DNA from: a virus
Taxonomy: Duplodnaviria > Heunggongvirae > Uroviricota > Caudoviricetes
Length of the DNA stretch: 47,591 bases
IMG/VR virus record: IMGVR_UViG_3300045988_142058
Direction: 5' to 3' (one strand)
In this document: positions 46,390-47,591 of the stretch, piece by piece
How positions within the stretch are numbered: the first letter of the stretch is position 1
How the letters are laid out: every line of letters starts with the position of its first letter
Notes under the pieces: model-generated
Database searches by the model: none
What the model was told of the DNA's origin: nothing
Seen by the model: only the letters and a program-made list of their open reading frames with translations
Position numbers and translations under genes: made by a program

Positions 46390-46668
46390 TTACGCCCATT
46401 CCCGCAGCGGTTGTTCTAATTTAACTTCAAAACCATCAAACATTTGTTGTTTCAAACTGTCGTTTAAAATACGAACATTAACAAAGAAGCCATCATTTTT
46501 AATCACTGTTGGTTCTTCGTTCTCGCCGTTTGGTATTTCGGTATATGTAATACCTACAACATCAAGAAGGATGTTGTTTTGCAGTTCTTCATTATCGTGC
46601 CAGGATATACTCTCTAAAAAAGAGTCGTATTCTTCCCTGTCTCTGAATTTCAACGTAATATCTTTCAT
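46390..46668 (-). CDS. Hypothetical protein (possible chaperone for first fibre)
   Basis: 92 aa directly after first fibre stop. Confidence 0.35.
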   Translation of the reverse strand: MKDITLKFRDREEYDSFLESISWHDNEELQNNILLDVVGITYTEIPNGENEEPTVIKNDGFFVNVRILNDSLKQQMFDGFEVKLEQPLREWA

Positions 46669-47591
46669 TAAATAACCTCAGCCATTTGTTGGTCTGTTAA
46701 TGCTTTATGCCATATTCTGAAATTCCTGATATGACCAAATAGATGACGTGCCCCTGATGTGGTTTGACCTCCTATTCTAATAAAGGTCCGCGTTTTTACG
46801 CCCGTCCATTCCGTTTCAATGGTTTTAGTAGCCTCACCGTTAGAAACTACTCGTTTAGTACCGTCAGAATAAATATTAAAACCACCAATGAATTTTCGAA
46901 CATCCGTTCGACCAGTAAACAAACTAGAAACGTAACTACTTGTCGACGCTTTATAAGTTTGCATATAAAGCTGACCGTAATATCTCTCGGTTGTGTTAAA
47001 AGCGTATGTGATTGACTCAATAGGCGGCACACCAGAAAAATCAAAAATACGCGGTGCTACATTAGGGGGAATATCGCCCCAATTCCTGTTAACCTCGACC
47101 AAACAAGTAAGCGGTCTGTTATAAATGTTGTTTTCGGTCGGGATCGTAACCATATCACTCGCACGAGTCGCCGCCGTCGTTCCTGATATAATAAAAGATG
47201 ATACACAAGGCCCATTTTCTACTTGTGGGGTGGCCAGATAAATATAGTCACCAGATACGGTTGCCCCGCCCTGCTTAGGAGAATACTGTATCTGAGAACC
47301 TATTTTTAACTCCCCATCAATTGCCTGAATTGTTGCCTCAGCAAAAATCCATCCTGTAGTTTCATCCTTCCTGACTCGTGCCGTAATTCTACCGGAAGCA
47401 CCACCTGTCATATTAATTTCAAGCGTTTGTGTATCAATATACGCATCACCAAGAAAAGTTGTTGCGCTACCGTCATACTTATCAAACCGTATACGTAACC
47501 TTACCTGTCGTTCTGTTTTAAAACGGCATGAGGTTGTCACGTACTTGTTATCGCCTGAGACATCAACTGACTTTGTTGCAGCAATTGATGC
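46668..47591 (-). CDS. Tail fibre protein, C-terminal portion (same gene as 1..1517)
   Basis: Same reading frame as 1..1517 across the 62-bp junction; complete gene ~2379 nt (~792 aa). Confidence 0.7.
   Translation of the reverse strand, partial: ASIAATKSVDVSGDNKYVTTSCRFKTERQVRLRIRFDKYDGSATTFLGDAYIDTQTLEINMTGGASGRITARVRKDETTGWIFAEATIQAIDGELKIGSQIQYSPKQGGATVSGDYIYLATPQVENGPCVSSFIISGTTAATRASDMVTIPTENNIYNRPLTCLVEVNRNWGDIPPNVAPRIFDFSGVPPIESITYAFNTTERYYGQLYMQTYKASTSSYVSSLFTGRTDVRKFIGGFNIYSDGTKRVVSNGEATKTIETEWTGVKTRTFIRIGGQTTSGARHLFGHIRNFRIWHKALTDQQMAEVI
47530..47591. repeat. 62-bp terminal redundancy identical to 1..62 (circular closure)
   Basis: Exact identity of the two window ends. Confidence 0.95.

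Noticed and set aside
1-47591. CRISPR arrays, insertion sequences, integrase/attachment site
   Set aside because: No spaced direct-repeat arrays, no transposase-like ORFs with terminal inverted repeats, and no recombinase-like ORF found by inspection.

Overview
The window reads as a complete, circularly closed ~47.5 kb temperate phage-plasmid: the last 62 bases (47530..47591) exactly repeat bases 1..62, giving a unique length of 47,529 bp. Almost all genes are on the minus strand. The virion module runs from a lambda-like head block (small and large terminase, portal, ClpP-like protease/scaffold, decoration-like protein, gpE-like major capsid) into a contractile P2/Mu-like tail (sheath, tube, chaperone with -1 frameshift, tape measure, baseplate gpD/V/W/J/I-like proteins, two tail-fibre genes with chaperones); the first fibre gene spans the window junction. 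There is a lambdoid immunity region (CI-like repressor, divergent Cro-like gene, ACCAC-N5-GTGGT operators), a Q-like gene, a lysis cassette (holin, GH108 endolysin, overlapping Rz/Rz1), an antirepressor, a tRNA with CAU anticodon, and two methyltransferases flanked by three ParB-nuclease-domain genes. No integrase or lambda O/P-type replication genes are recognisable; instead there is an IncFII-type RepA replicon with a candidate antisense RNA and DnaA-box origin, a ParA/ParG-like partition pair and a HigB/HigA-like toxin-antitoxin pair. The most unusual features are three near-identical ~109 bp promoter-leader cassettes heading three minus-strand operons, a TATAATTATA-core motif family at intergenic sites, a CI-type operator in the repA leader, and a divergent small-RNA/small-peptide pair that looks like a type I toxin-antitoxin module. 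All protein calls are from reading the translations by eye, with no database search, so family names are provisional.
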